The notes under the pieces are model-generated. The model was not told the origin of the DNA. It worked only from the letters and a program-made list of their open reading frames with translations, and did no database searches. Of a DNA stretch of 13,232 bases, positions 6,914-13,232 are shown piece by piece (position 1 is the stretch's first letter; each line of letters opens with the position of its first letter). Position numbers and translations under genes: made by a program. This DNA is from a virus. The stretch is taken from the UHGV virus genome UHGV-0297100; one strand, written 5' to 3'.

Positions 6914-7204
6914 TCATTGCCTTACCTCCATAAGCGCCCTATTAATAAACGCCGTCATTGGATTTGCACATCCCCACCCCGTACCATCTGGATTTCTTTT
7001 AATTGGCTCCTTCTTCACTTTGCGTTTTGCATAAATAACCGTCTTCCACTTACGCTCAACAACACTCAAATGTCCTTGTTTCACCATATGCCTTGCTGCT
7101 TGAGCGATTCTGTTATTTGGTATTCCGGTGATCAGTGCTAATTCATGTGGGGAGAATTGTTCATGAGTTTTCAGATATTCCAGGATGATTTCTTTTCCAG
7201 TCAC
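6914..7204 (-). CDS. ren: Ren-like protein (winged-helix)
   Basis: 96 aa starting MTGKEIILEYLKTHEQFSPHELALITGIPNNRIAQAA..., resembling lambda Ren (MTGKEAIIHYLGTHNSF...) in sequence, length and position after the replication genes. Confidence 0.7.
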   Translation of the reverse strand: MTGKEIILEYLKTHEQFSPHELALITGIPNNRIAQAARHMVKQGHLSVVERKWKTVIYAKRKVKKEPIKRNPDGTGWGCANPMTAFINRALMEVRQ

Positions 7205-8046
7205 GATCTGCTCCTGTAACTATCCCATGTAAACGCAAGAGTGCACCCGCCGCCATCATTCATCCTGTCAATAACACGCTCACCAATGAATGCAGATAGT
7301 TCATCTTTGCTCTGGTTGCTAATCAGGATTGTTGGCTTCATGCACTCGTAGCGGGTGTTGATGATTTCGAACATGATCATCTTTTCCGCCTCGCTTCCAA
7401 ACTGTACACCAACCTCATCGATAATTAGCAGGTCAGGTTTAGTGAACTGTCGGATCACTTCATCCTCTGTGCGGGTGGAGTTTTTCGACCATGTTGATTT
7501 ATATTCTCTGGCAATTTTCAGCGCCGTTGTGAAAATAGCTGAGCTTTGATGTTCCGTAATTGCGTGCCGGGCGATAGCCAGTGCAAGATGATTCTTTCCA
7601 GTACCAGGCTTTCCACACATAACCAGCCCACCGCCTTTCTGTAACCTCTCAGGCCATTTGCTGGCGTATGCCTGACACACCCTGAGCACTCTCTTTGCAT
7701 CGTCGTTGACTGGCTCGTAGTTCTGTAGTGTGCAACCCTTGAATCGTTCAGGAATATCAAGATTATTCAACAGAAACTCGACATTGCGCTTACGTGATTC
7801 CTCGTCGATTTTAATCTTCTCTGCCTGTAGCCGAATAAGCTTATCTCTCATGCATTCCGGGCATTCGCTAGGTCTTGAGGCAAACTTAATTGGCCCAGTC
7901 GAGTAACGGTTACGCTGCTCAAACTCACCATGTTTTTCACAGATGCCAGTGCCAATTTCTACAGATGTATGCTCGATAGCAATTGGCGGAGAACTCAATT
8001 CTGCAAGTTTTTTCTCCAGTTGGGAGATCTTTTCATCAAGCGTCAT
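7201..8046 (-). CDS. DnaC-like helicase loader (AAA+ ATPase, IstB/DnaC family), replication protein in the P position
   Basis: Walker A GKPGTGKNHLA and Walker B LLIIDEVG. Start taken at MTLDEK..., with GGAG upstream, just after the O stop. Confidence 0.9.
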   Translation of the reverse strand: MTLDEKISQLEKKLAELSSPPIAIEHTSVEIGTGICEKHGEFEQRNRYSTGPIKFASRPSECPECMRDKLIRLQAEKIKIDEESRKRNVEFLLNNLDIPERFKGCTLQNYEPVNDDAKRVLRVCQAYASKWPERLQKGGGLVMCGKPGTGKNHLALAIARHAITEHQSSAIFTTALKIAREYKSTWSKNSTRTEDEVIRQFTKPDLLIIDEVGVQFGSEAEKMIMFEIINTRYECMKPTILISNQSKDELSAFIGERVIDRMNDGGGCTLAFTWDSYRSRS

Positions 8047-8048
8047 GT

Positions 8049-8891
8049 TCACTCCTGCGCCCATGAAGGCATTTCAGTTTGTCCGTAATCTTTGGTGGCA
8101 AAGTTTTCCTGCATAGCTCGATGCTGCGGCCTCGGTTGAGATTTCCCCTTTGGAGTCTTGGGCTCAAAAATCCCCTGCCAACCACTGGCGATGCTCTGGT
8201 TTATAATTTCTTCAGGTGTATATCCCTTCTCCAGACTTCTGCTTAGAACGTTGATAGCCTGAGTGACACTTTGCTTAGACTTGATCGACTTACCTATCTC
8301 CTTGCGATAGGTAACCCACGACAACCATGTTTCTGCTGATAACCAATCAGGCAACTCTGTTTCTAGCGGGTCGAACTTCTGAGAAACTTTTTTGGGGGAT
8401 ATAGGGGGTTTATTAATATTTTCTTTTGTCTTTAAAGAATGTCTTTTGTGTGTCTCTAACTTCGAGACATTGAGTGTCTCTAATTTGGAGACATTTTTTG
8501 TCTCTAACTTCGAGACAAAGTTGCTAACTTGGAGACACTTGCTGAATTGCCACGCAGATACCTCACTGTTTACACCGATTTGATTTCCATCCATAAACAG
8601 GCAATTCATTGAAATCAGTTCTTTTTTAGCCTTGTTAACATTCTGCCTTGACAGTCCTGTTAACTGAGCAATTTGCTCATCGGCTATTCGATCTGTTTTC
8701 TTATTGAATCCATATGTTTTCCGGACGTAGGCCAGCATAACTTTCAACTGGCGAGCGGTTAAATCGGCACTTGCGATAGCTTCCAGCAGCTCGTTAGCGA
8801 ATCTGGTGTAACCATCATCGATATCAGCCACTCTTCGCTCCTGTTCAACAGGTTCACTCTTCGGCAGGTAAAATACTTCAGCAAGGCTCAT
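8049..8891 (-). CDS. O: Replication initiator protein O (lambda O-like)
   Basis: Gene upstream of the DnaC-like loader. The coding sequence contains the origin iterons, reflected in the protein repeats VSKLETKNVSKLETLNVSKLET. Start taken at MSLAEVFYLPK..., with GGAGG upstream. Confidence 0.85.
   Translation of the reverse strand: MSLAEVFYLPKSEPVEQERRVADIDDGYTRFANELLEAIASADLTARQLKVMLAYVRKTYGFNKKTDRIADEQIAQLTGLSRQNVNKAKKELISMNCLFMDGNQIGVNSEVSAWQFSKCLQVSNFVSKLETKNVSKLETLNVSKLETHKRHSLKTKENINKPPISPKKVSQKFDPLETELPDWLSAETWLSWVTYRKEIGKSIKSKQSVTQAINVLSRSLEKGYTPEEIINQSIASGWQGIFEPKTPKGKSQPRPQHRAMQENFATKDYGQTEMPSWAQE
8451..8537. repeat. Replication origin iterons inside O
   Basis: Three near-identical 19-bp palindromic units TGTCTCTAA(C/T)TT(C/G)GAGACA at 8451-8469, 8475-8493 and 8499-8517, with 24-bp periodicity, plus a degenerate fourth at about 8522-8537. 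An AT-rich stretch at about 8395-8450 flanks them. Confidence 0.85.
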
Positions 8892-9522
8892 TTCCAACCT
8901 CCGCATCAAAGCATTGGGCTTCAAGAGACTTAACCATCACCACACTGCCATCTGTATTAATAACTATCGATGAGTTATATTTGCTTATCAGTTGCTTCGC
9001 GTAATCAATTCCGGCGCGAATAAGGAAATTTTTCACCGCAGGAAGATGACCAACTACACTACCCAGACCTTGCTCTATAAGCTCCTCATTAAGATCAAGC
9101 TCATTTTCATGGCGAAAAGAAATGAATGAGTCGTAAATTGCGTATTCTGCCGTCTCGCCATTTCTTTCAGGGCCAACCAGCGCCCTTATTTCATTTAGAG
9201 ATTCAGAAAGATCATTATCTTCAAGCTTGAAAAACTCTCGATTATCACTAAGCCTCTCTTTTGCAAAGGCTTTATGAATGAGTTTTTCATCTGATGCGGG
9301 ATTATTTGAATGAAAGGCTGCTATCACCTTAAATGGCTTAGGAACGCCAGTAGAGGCTGAAATTTCTTTAGCCCTAACTTCTGGTGAATGCTTAGTCATC
9401 CCAATCTTATAAATTCCTGGCATGCACTCATTCGAAAGCACATAAACAAAGCCATTTGATTTAAAATCATCTGGCACCTTCATGCTCTTCAGAACCTGGA
9501 ATTTGTCATTTTCGTATGTCAT
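8878..9522 (-). CDS. T5orf172 / GIY-YIG-like domain protein (moron between cII and O)
   Basis: N-terminal motif GFVYVLSNECMPGIYKIGMTKHSPEVRAKEI fits the T5orf172 / GIY-YIG-like pattern. GGGAG lies six nt upstream of the ATG. AT-rich by eye. Domain call is from motif memory. Confidence 0.55.
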   Translation of the reverse strand: MTYENDKFQVLKSMKVPDDFKSNGFVYVLSNECMPGIYKIGMTKHSPEVRAKEISASTGVPKPFKVIAAFHSNNPASDEKLIHKAFAKERLSDNREFFKLEDNDLSESLNEIRALVGPERNGETAEYAIYDSFISFRHENELDLNEELIEQGLGSVVGHLPAVKNFLIRAGIDYAKQLISKYNSSIVINTDGSVVMVKSLEAQCFDAEVGNEPC

Positions 9523-9554
9523 AATTACTCCCGTGGATTGATCCAGTAATTCCC

Positions 9555-9851
9555 TCAGAATTGCATATCAATTTGCTTAAAATCCTCGGTGGCGGCCGGG
9601 GATTTTTTCTTTGTGATTTCATCAAGCGCATACTTAAAAGCCCTGCTAATCGGACTGATGTCTGATGCCATTCCGAAAGCACACAAGACCGAAGCAATAA
9701 ATCTCCAGTCCGTTCTGCTTATCTTCGATTCATGACAGCCAATCATCTTTGCCAGACCGCGCTGGGTAAGCGTTGACAGGTTGATGAGTAAATCTGTTTC
9801 TGCGCGATCAACGTCGCGCTGTGATAGTTTGCTGTAACTTGTTTGTTCCAT
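9555..9851 (-). CDS. cII: CII transcriptional activator
   Basis: 98 aa ending KKKSPAATEDFKQIDMQF, matching the lambda CII C-terminus (KKRPAATERSEQIQMEF). Located between cro/nutR and the replication genes. Confidence 0.85.
   Translation of the reverse strand: MEQTSYSKLSQRDVDRAETDLLINLSTLTQRGLAKMIGCHESKISRTDWRFIASVLCAFGMASDISPISRAFKYALDEITKKKSPAATEDFKQIDMQF
9584..9611 (+). terminator. Rho-independent terminator antisense to the cII 3' region (oop-RNA-like)
   Basis: Plus strand CCTCGG-TGGCGG-CCGGGG (stem with one G-U pair) followed by ATTTTTTCTTT. It is on the strand opposite cII, within the cII 3' coding region, as for lambda oop. Confidence 0.55.
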
Positions 9852-9936
9852 TTCTTAATATTTCCAATAGTGAATAGTTAGTTGAAAGGTATGCGTGGAA
9901 ACGCATATGACCTTAGTTGGTCAGATATATTGGGAC

Positions 9937-9951
9937 TCGCTTTGTCAGCGA
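9937..9951 (-). promoter_or_regulatory. nutR boxB-like hairpin
   Basis: Minus strand TCGC-TGACAAA-GCGA has the same 7-nt loop as the nutL boxB (GCGC-TGACAAA-GCGC) upstream of N. It lies just downstream of cro, with a possible boxA-like CGCTATTTT about 20 nt upstream. Confidence 0.6.
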
Positions 9952-9989
9952 CGTAGGACGAATGTCCATTGTGAAAATAGCGGTGTTAC

Positions 9990-10217
9990 TTATGCAGCCA
10001 GAAGGTTCTTTTTGCTTATTTCAAGCATTTCGCTTGCTTGATATTTGCCACCAGAAATCTCTTCGATTTTTGATGCGTATTTCGTTTTCCCAAAAAACTC
10101 AGTCTTAGGGAGGAAGCCGTTTTTGAGCCACTTATAGACAGCCCTTTCGCTAACTCCACAAGCCTTCGCAACTTCAGGGATGCCGACACCTTTAATCGGC
10201 TCATCAAGATTTTGCAT
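9990..10217 (-). CDS. cro: Cro-like repressor (HTH)
   Basis: Start taken at MQNLDEPIK..., with AAGGA upstream. HTH segment IPEVAKACGVSERAVYKWLKNG. Divergent from cI across the operator region. Confidence 0.7.
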   Translation of the reverse strand: MQNLDEPIKGVGIPEVAKACGVSERAVYKWLKNGFLPKTEFFGKTKYASKIEEISGGKYQASEMLEISKKNLLAA

Positions 10218-10232
10218 AGGGATATCCTTTTT

Positions 10233-10303
10233 CGTACTTTCAGTACGCATTATGATTGAACTGAAAGTTTTTGCAAGTGCTTTAGTATCGTACTCATGGT
10301 TCA
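10233..10303. promoter_or_regulatory. OR operator region with divergent PR/PRM promoters
   Basis: Perfect palindrome CGTACTTTCAGTACG (10233-10247), plus related sites TGAACT-GAA-AGTTTT (10257-10271) and CGTACT-CAT-GGTTCA (10289-10303, overlapping the cI ATG). Minus-strand PR candidate TTGCAA (10271-10276), about 16-17 nt spacer, CATAAT/ATAATG. Confidence 0.7.
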
Positions 10304-11003
10304 GAATGAAAAAGTGCGCAAAGAATTCGCCCAGCGGCTAGCGCAAGCCTGTAAAGAAGCTGGTCTTGATGAACATGGTAGGGGAATGGCTATAGCCCGT
10401 GCCCTTTCTCTTTCGTCCAAAGGCGTTAGCAAATGGTTTAATGCTGAGTCTTTACCGCGTCAGGAAAAAATGAATGCGCTTGCGAAATTTCTAAACGTTG
10501 ATGTTGTTTGGCTTCAGCACGGCACTTCGTTAAATGGAGCGAATGATGAAGATACTCTTTCATTTGTTGGCAAATTAAAAAAAGGGTTAGTGCGCGTGGT
10601 TGGTGAGGCAATTCTTGGTGTTGATGGTGCCATCGAGATGACCGAAGAGCGCGATGGGTGGCTCAAGATTTATAGCGATGATCCAGATGCCTTTGGTCTT
10701 CGTGTAAAAGGAGACAGCATGTGGCCTAGAATAAAATCAGGAGAATATGTACTCATTGAGCCTAACACCAAAGTATTCCCGGGTGATGAGGTGTTTGTCA
10801 GAACCGTTGAAGGACACAACATGATCAAAGTTCTTGGCTATGACAGAGACGGAGAATACCAGTTTACAAGCATCAACCAGGACCATAGGCCAATAACGTT
10901 GCCTTATCATCAAGTAGCAAAGGTGGAGTATGTGGCTGGTATTCTGAAGCAATCTCGCCATCTGGATGACATCGAGGCAAGGGAGTGGCTGAAAAGTTCG
11001 TGA
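10296..11003 (+). CDS. cI: CI repressor (N-terminal HTH, C-terminal LexA/S24-like autocleavage domain)
   Basis: 235 aa with an N-terminal HTH region and a C-terminal S24 peptidase-like domain (GDSMWP serine, MIKVL lysine). Divergent from cro. Confidence 0.9.
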   Translation: MVQNEKVRKEFAQRLAQACKEAGLDEHGRGMAIARALSLSSKGVSKWFNAESLPRQEKMNALAKFLNVDVVWLQHGTSLNGANDEDTLSFVGKLKKGLVRVVGEAILGVDGAIEMTEERDGWLKIYSDDPDAFGLRVKGDSMWPRIKSGEYVLIEPNTKVFPGDEVFVRTVEGHNMIKVLGYDRDGEYQFTSINQDHRPITLPYHQVAKVEYVAGILKQSRHLDDIEAREWLKSS

Positions 11004-11080
11004 CCTCATCGTCACATAGCTGGTAGCCAGTGGCCTGAAGAGACGTTTGGGTGATAGGTAAAACACATCAAGGATAATCA

Positions 11081-11518
11081 GTGGAACAGGAAAAGATTTC
11101 TTTTGTCTATCCGACGCTAATGCGTGAAGGCATGTTCGCAGGTGGTATTTATGTACCTGACCTGTCAATGGTCATTGATAGAAAAGAGCAAAAAACACCA
11201 ATCGCCGTTACGGCTGGATTCTTGATGAAATCAGTCGAAATGTACGTTATTGAAGTCGAAATAAATGCGATGGATGCCCCATCTCCAACTGAGCATAGCC
11301 TTTCTGGTCACATTCAAACAAAGTACATTGAGAGAATAAAATACGGCGGAAAGTTAGCTGTCTATACCATGCTTTCCGAGAATGCTGACCTAAACAATGA
11401 TGGTTTTTACAGGGTTGTTGTAAGGTTCTATAAGACGTCTAATGGAGAGAAAGTCGGCAATTGCTTAGATGAAAAAGATTGTTTTTTCTATGTTTCGCAT
11501 AAGGACTCAGGGGAATGA
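11081..11518 (+). CDS. Hypothetical soluble protein, first gene of a two-gene module downstream of cI
   Basis: 145 aa ORF starting at GTG with AAGGA six nt upstream. No recognisable domain and no predicted TM segment. Its stop overlaps the next ATG (GAATGAGC). AT-rich by eye. Confidence 0.6.
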   Translation: MEQEKISFVYPTLMREGMFAGGIYVPDLSMVIDRKEQKTPIAVTAGFLMKSVEMYVIEVEINAMDAPSPTEHSLSGHIQTKYIERIKYGGKLAVYTMLSENADLNNDGFYRVVVRFYKTSNGEKVGNCLDEKDCFFYVSHKDSGE

Positions 11519-11817
11519 GCAAATCGCATTTGTATGTTGTTCCTACAAACAATGAACCCTTGGTTGAAAATCACCCACAAGAAGATGATAATCATAAATA
11601 TGGAAATGGCGGTGGGGGTGATGACATGCTTGAAAGGGTCAAAAAGCTAGAAGAACAAATGGCATCACTTGTTACAGATGTTGCTGTAATTAAGTCTAAC
11701 TATGCCACCAAAGAAGATTTGCACAAAGAGATTGGATCGCAGACAAAGTGGATTGCAGCAACCATAATCGGCACGACCGGTTTAGCTTTGGCTGTCGCTA
11801 AGTATCTTTTTGCCTGA
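11515..11817 (+). CDS. Hypothetical small membrane protein (coiled coil plus C-terminal transmembrane helix), second gene of the module
   Basis: 100 aa with an acidic Gly-rich N-terminus (GNGGGGDD), a coiled-coil-like LERVKKLEEQMASLVTDVAVIK, and a C-terminal hydrophobic helix WIAATIIGTTGLALAVAKYLFA. Translationally coupled to the upstream gene. Confidence 0.6.
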   Translation: MSKSHLYVVPTNNEPLVENHPQEDDNHKYGNGGGGDDMLERVKKLEEQMASLVTDVAVIKSNYATKEDLHKEIGSQTKWIAATIIGTTGLALAVAKYLFA

Positions 11818-11838
11818 CATCTGAAACTCAAGCAACCA

Positions 11839-11866
11839 ACCCGGCCTCAGCGCCGGGTTTTCTTTG
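11839..11866 (+). terminator. Rho-independent terminator ending the cI operon (tImm-like)
   Basis: ACCCGGC-CTCAGC-GCCGGGT forms a 7-bp GC-rich stem followed by TTTTCTTTG, immediately after the module's stop codon. Confidence 0.7.
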
Positions 11867-11997
11867 CCTACCCCCCAAAAAAACACATAACCAATTGTAT
11901 TTGTTGATGTAACTCACTAAACCATGCAGTTCTGATCCCTGCCGCATAACCTTCATCAGCCACATTTTCAAAAATAAATTTCCTTATATATCAGAAT

Positions 11998-12074
11998 CAT
12001 ACTTCGTAGAGTTAATAAATCACCAAAATTCGTACCAATAGTTCTTGATAATGTCGAACTATTGGTTCATTATT
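11998..12074. promoter_or_regulatory. OL operator region with candidate pL promoter
   Basis: Sites with the same half-site family as OR: CGTACC-AAT-AGTTCT (12031-12045), CGAACT-ATT-GGTTCA (12055-12069) and a weaker CATACT-TCG-TAGAGT (11998-12012). Together they form an 11-bp inverted repeat (ACCAATAGTTC / GAACTATTGGT). Candidate -35 TTGATA (12046-12051), with CATTAT/TATTAT about 16-19 nt downstream. Confidence 0.55.
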
Positions 12075-12142
12075 ATCGTCATCAGCAGGACGCATTACTC
12101 ACCATGGCGGTGAATATACAACGATTCAAATATGAATCTACG

Positions 12143-12157
12143 GCGCTGACAAAGCGC
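12143..12157 (+). promoter_or_regulatory. nutL boxB hairpin
   Basis: GCGC-TGACAAA-GCGC hairpin about 165 nt upstream of the N start codon, matching the P22-type boxB as I recall it and the nutR copy on the other arm. Confidence 0.7.
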
Positions 12158-12322
12158 AATAACCAAAGTGAACTTTGGGGTGTGGTGAAGGGTTCATGGA
12201 CGGGAATATGTCGCACGTAAAGCGGCGAGGCCTGCGGGACTATTGCCGAATTGAAGTAGGCCGAAACAGGTCGAAATGGGTCTCCCACCTACCACACCAC
12301 CAAAGTTCATCAGGAGGTCTAT

Positions 12323-12706
12323 ATGACACGCAGAACTCAGTTCAAAGGCAATTCACGTTCTCGTCGTCGTGAGCGTTTAAAGGCAAAGGCATTAGCTAAC
12401 GGCGTGCTGGCCCGCGAAGAAGCAATAAGTTCAGAAGTATTACACCGCCCTACTCTAAGCAGAGCGCAGATTCAGGCTAAAGGTACTCACGAAACGCCTG
12501 AGCGCATAGAAGACGCTAAGCCAATTAAGTTCATGGCACAGGACGTGATCTGGCAACAGAAAGAATACAGACGCAATCTGGAGAGAGCGGCCATTGTGTA
12601 CGCGAATGAGTTTGGACATAAGCAACCAGAAACTGGTGTATGTCTTCCAAACGTAGCCATTTACGCGGCAGGCTACAGGAAATCAAAACAACTGACGGCG
12701 AGATGA
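12323..12706 (+). CDS. N: N-like antitermination protein (P22 gp24 / phage-21 N type)
   Basis: Arginine-rich N-terminal motif GNSRSRRRERLKAKA and C-terminus AIYAAGYRKSKQLTAR, resembling P22 gp24 (ALYAAGHRKSKQITAR). Strong RBS (GGAGG) and an upstream nutL boxB. Confidence 0.75.
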   Translation: MTRRTQFKGNSRSRRRERLKAKALANGVLAREEAISSEVLHRPTLSRAQIQAKGTHETPERIEDAKPIKFMAQDVIWQQKEYRRNLERAAIVYANEFGHKQPETGVCLPNVAIYAAGYRKSKQLTAR

Positions 12707-12721
12707 TAAATCATTTGCTAA

Positions 12722-13231
12722 TTACTTGTTTTTGCCATGCTTATCCTGAGCGATAAGTTCATCCATAAGACTGTCTTTCTTCCCAGCAAACCTAATGTAG
12801 CACTCATTTCTATAGCGTTCCGGGATAACAAAACGGTCGATTTCAGGATATCCAGTAGCAGAAGGTATCCGAATAAGAAGCCCTTTTTCGAGCAATGAGA
12901 TTGCTTCAGGGCTTCCCTTTTCTGTCTTTAGCTGGTTATTCGCGGCTACAGCGAATGCCAAATACGCTCTTTCTCCAAGAGTTAACGAATCAAACAAATC
13001 TTGCACATATTTTTCTTCTTTAGATTTGCGCTTCTGAGCAGCGGATACCTCAATTCTTTCAGTCACAGCGTGATAAGCGGAATTAACAACACCGTTAAGC
13101 ACATAGCTAACGCAGAACAACAGGATGTAATACATCCAATAATGAGGAAGGATTTCTGGATTATGCAGGTTTATCCATTCTTTTACGCTTACCGGCATAA
13201 CAATAATCAATATGATCAGGATGATTAGCAT
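12722..13231 (-). CDS. Membrane protein convergent with N, possibly SieB-like superinfection exclusion protein (may extend beyond the window)
   Basis: 169 aa ORF reaching the window edge. Two N-terminal hydrophobic segments (LIILIILIIVMPV, YWMYYILLFCVSYVLNGVV) followed by a soluble domain. Opposite strand to N, as for lambda/P22 sieB. The family assignment is tentative. Confidence 0.35.
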   Translation of the reverse strand: MLIILIILIIVMPVSVKEWINLHNPEILPHYWMYYILLFCVSYVLNGVVNSAYHAVTERIEVSAAQKRKSKEEKYVQDLFDSLTLGERAYLAFAVAANNQLKTEKGSPEAISLLEKGLLIRIPSATGYPEIDRFVIPERYRNECYIRFAGKKDSLMDELIAQDKHGKNK

Positions 13232-13232
13232 A

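Noticed and set aside
7518-7760. 80-aa minus-strand ORF
   Set aside because: Internal alternative frame within the DnaC-like gene.
8451-8537. Possible CRISPR-like or tandem repeat array
   Set aside because: Units are 19-bp palindromes at 24-bp periodicity with about 5-bp spacers, inside the O coding region. This is the replication-origin iteron architecture, not a CRISPR array.
9506-9697. 63-aa minus-strand ORF overlapping the cII 3' end
   Set aside because: Alternative frame overlapping cII and the oop-like terminator, with no RBS. Spurious.
10016-10207. 63-aa minus-strand ORF
   Set aside because: Alternative frame within cro.
10737-11168. 143-aa minus-strand ORF
   Set aside because: Antisense to the well-supported cI C-terminal domain and the start of the downstream module. 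No RBS; likely a chance ORF.
12034-12066. Large inverted repeat as a possible terminator or attachment site
   Set aside because: No T-tract follows it, and it decomposes into two operator sites sharing OR half-sites. Reinterpreted as OL.
12082-12372. Overlapping ORFs on both strands in the pL/nutL leader (68 aa minus, 65 aa plus)
   Set aside because: They fall in the regulatory leader containing boxB and overlap the N start in other frames. No RBS; considered non-coding.
13001-13228. 75-aa plus-strand ORF
   Set aside because: Antisense to the SieB-like membrane protein; low-complexity translation.

Overview
This window is the immunity, early-right and lysis region of a lambdoid (lambda/P22/phage-21-like) enterobacterial prophage, lying in reverse orientation relative to the lambda map. 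All calls rest on my reading of the ORF translations and on motifs found by eye; no database search or computation was run. Left to right: a truncated IS3-family fragment (1-145), a small RHH-like ORF, then on the minus strand the lysis cassette (Rz/Rz1, SAR-type endolysin, dual-start holin), an HNH-AP2 endonuclease moron, a compact pR'/tR' late promoter-terminator unit, Q, and a nin region (ninH, rusA, ybcO, ninF, ninE, ninB plus hypotheticals). Further right on the minus strand are a tR2-like terminator, ren, a DnaC-like loader, O with origin iterons inside it, a T5orf172/GIY-YIG-like moron, cII with an oop-like antisense terminator, nutR and cro. The OR operators separate cro from cI on the plus strand. 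Downstream of cI is a translationally coupled two-gene module of unknown function in the RexAB position, then a terminator, OL/pL, nutL, an N-like antiterminator and a convergent SieB-like membrane protein at the right edge. The best candidate for an undescribed system is that two-gene module (11081-11817); the T5orf172 and HNH-AP2 morons are secondary candidates.
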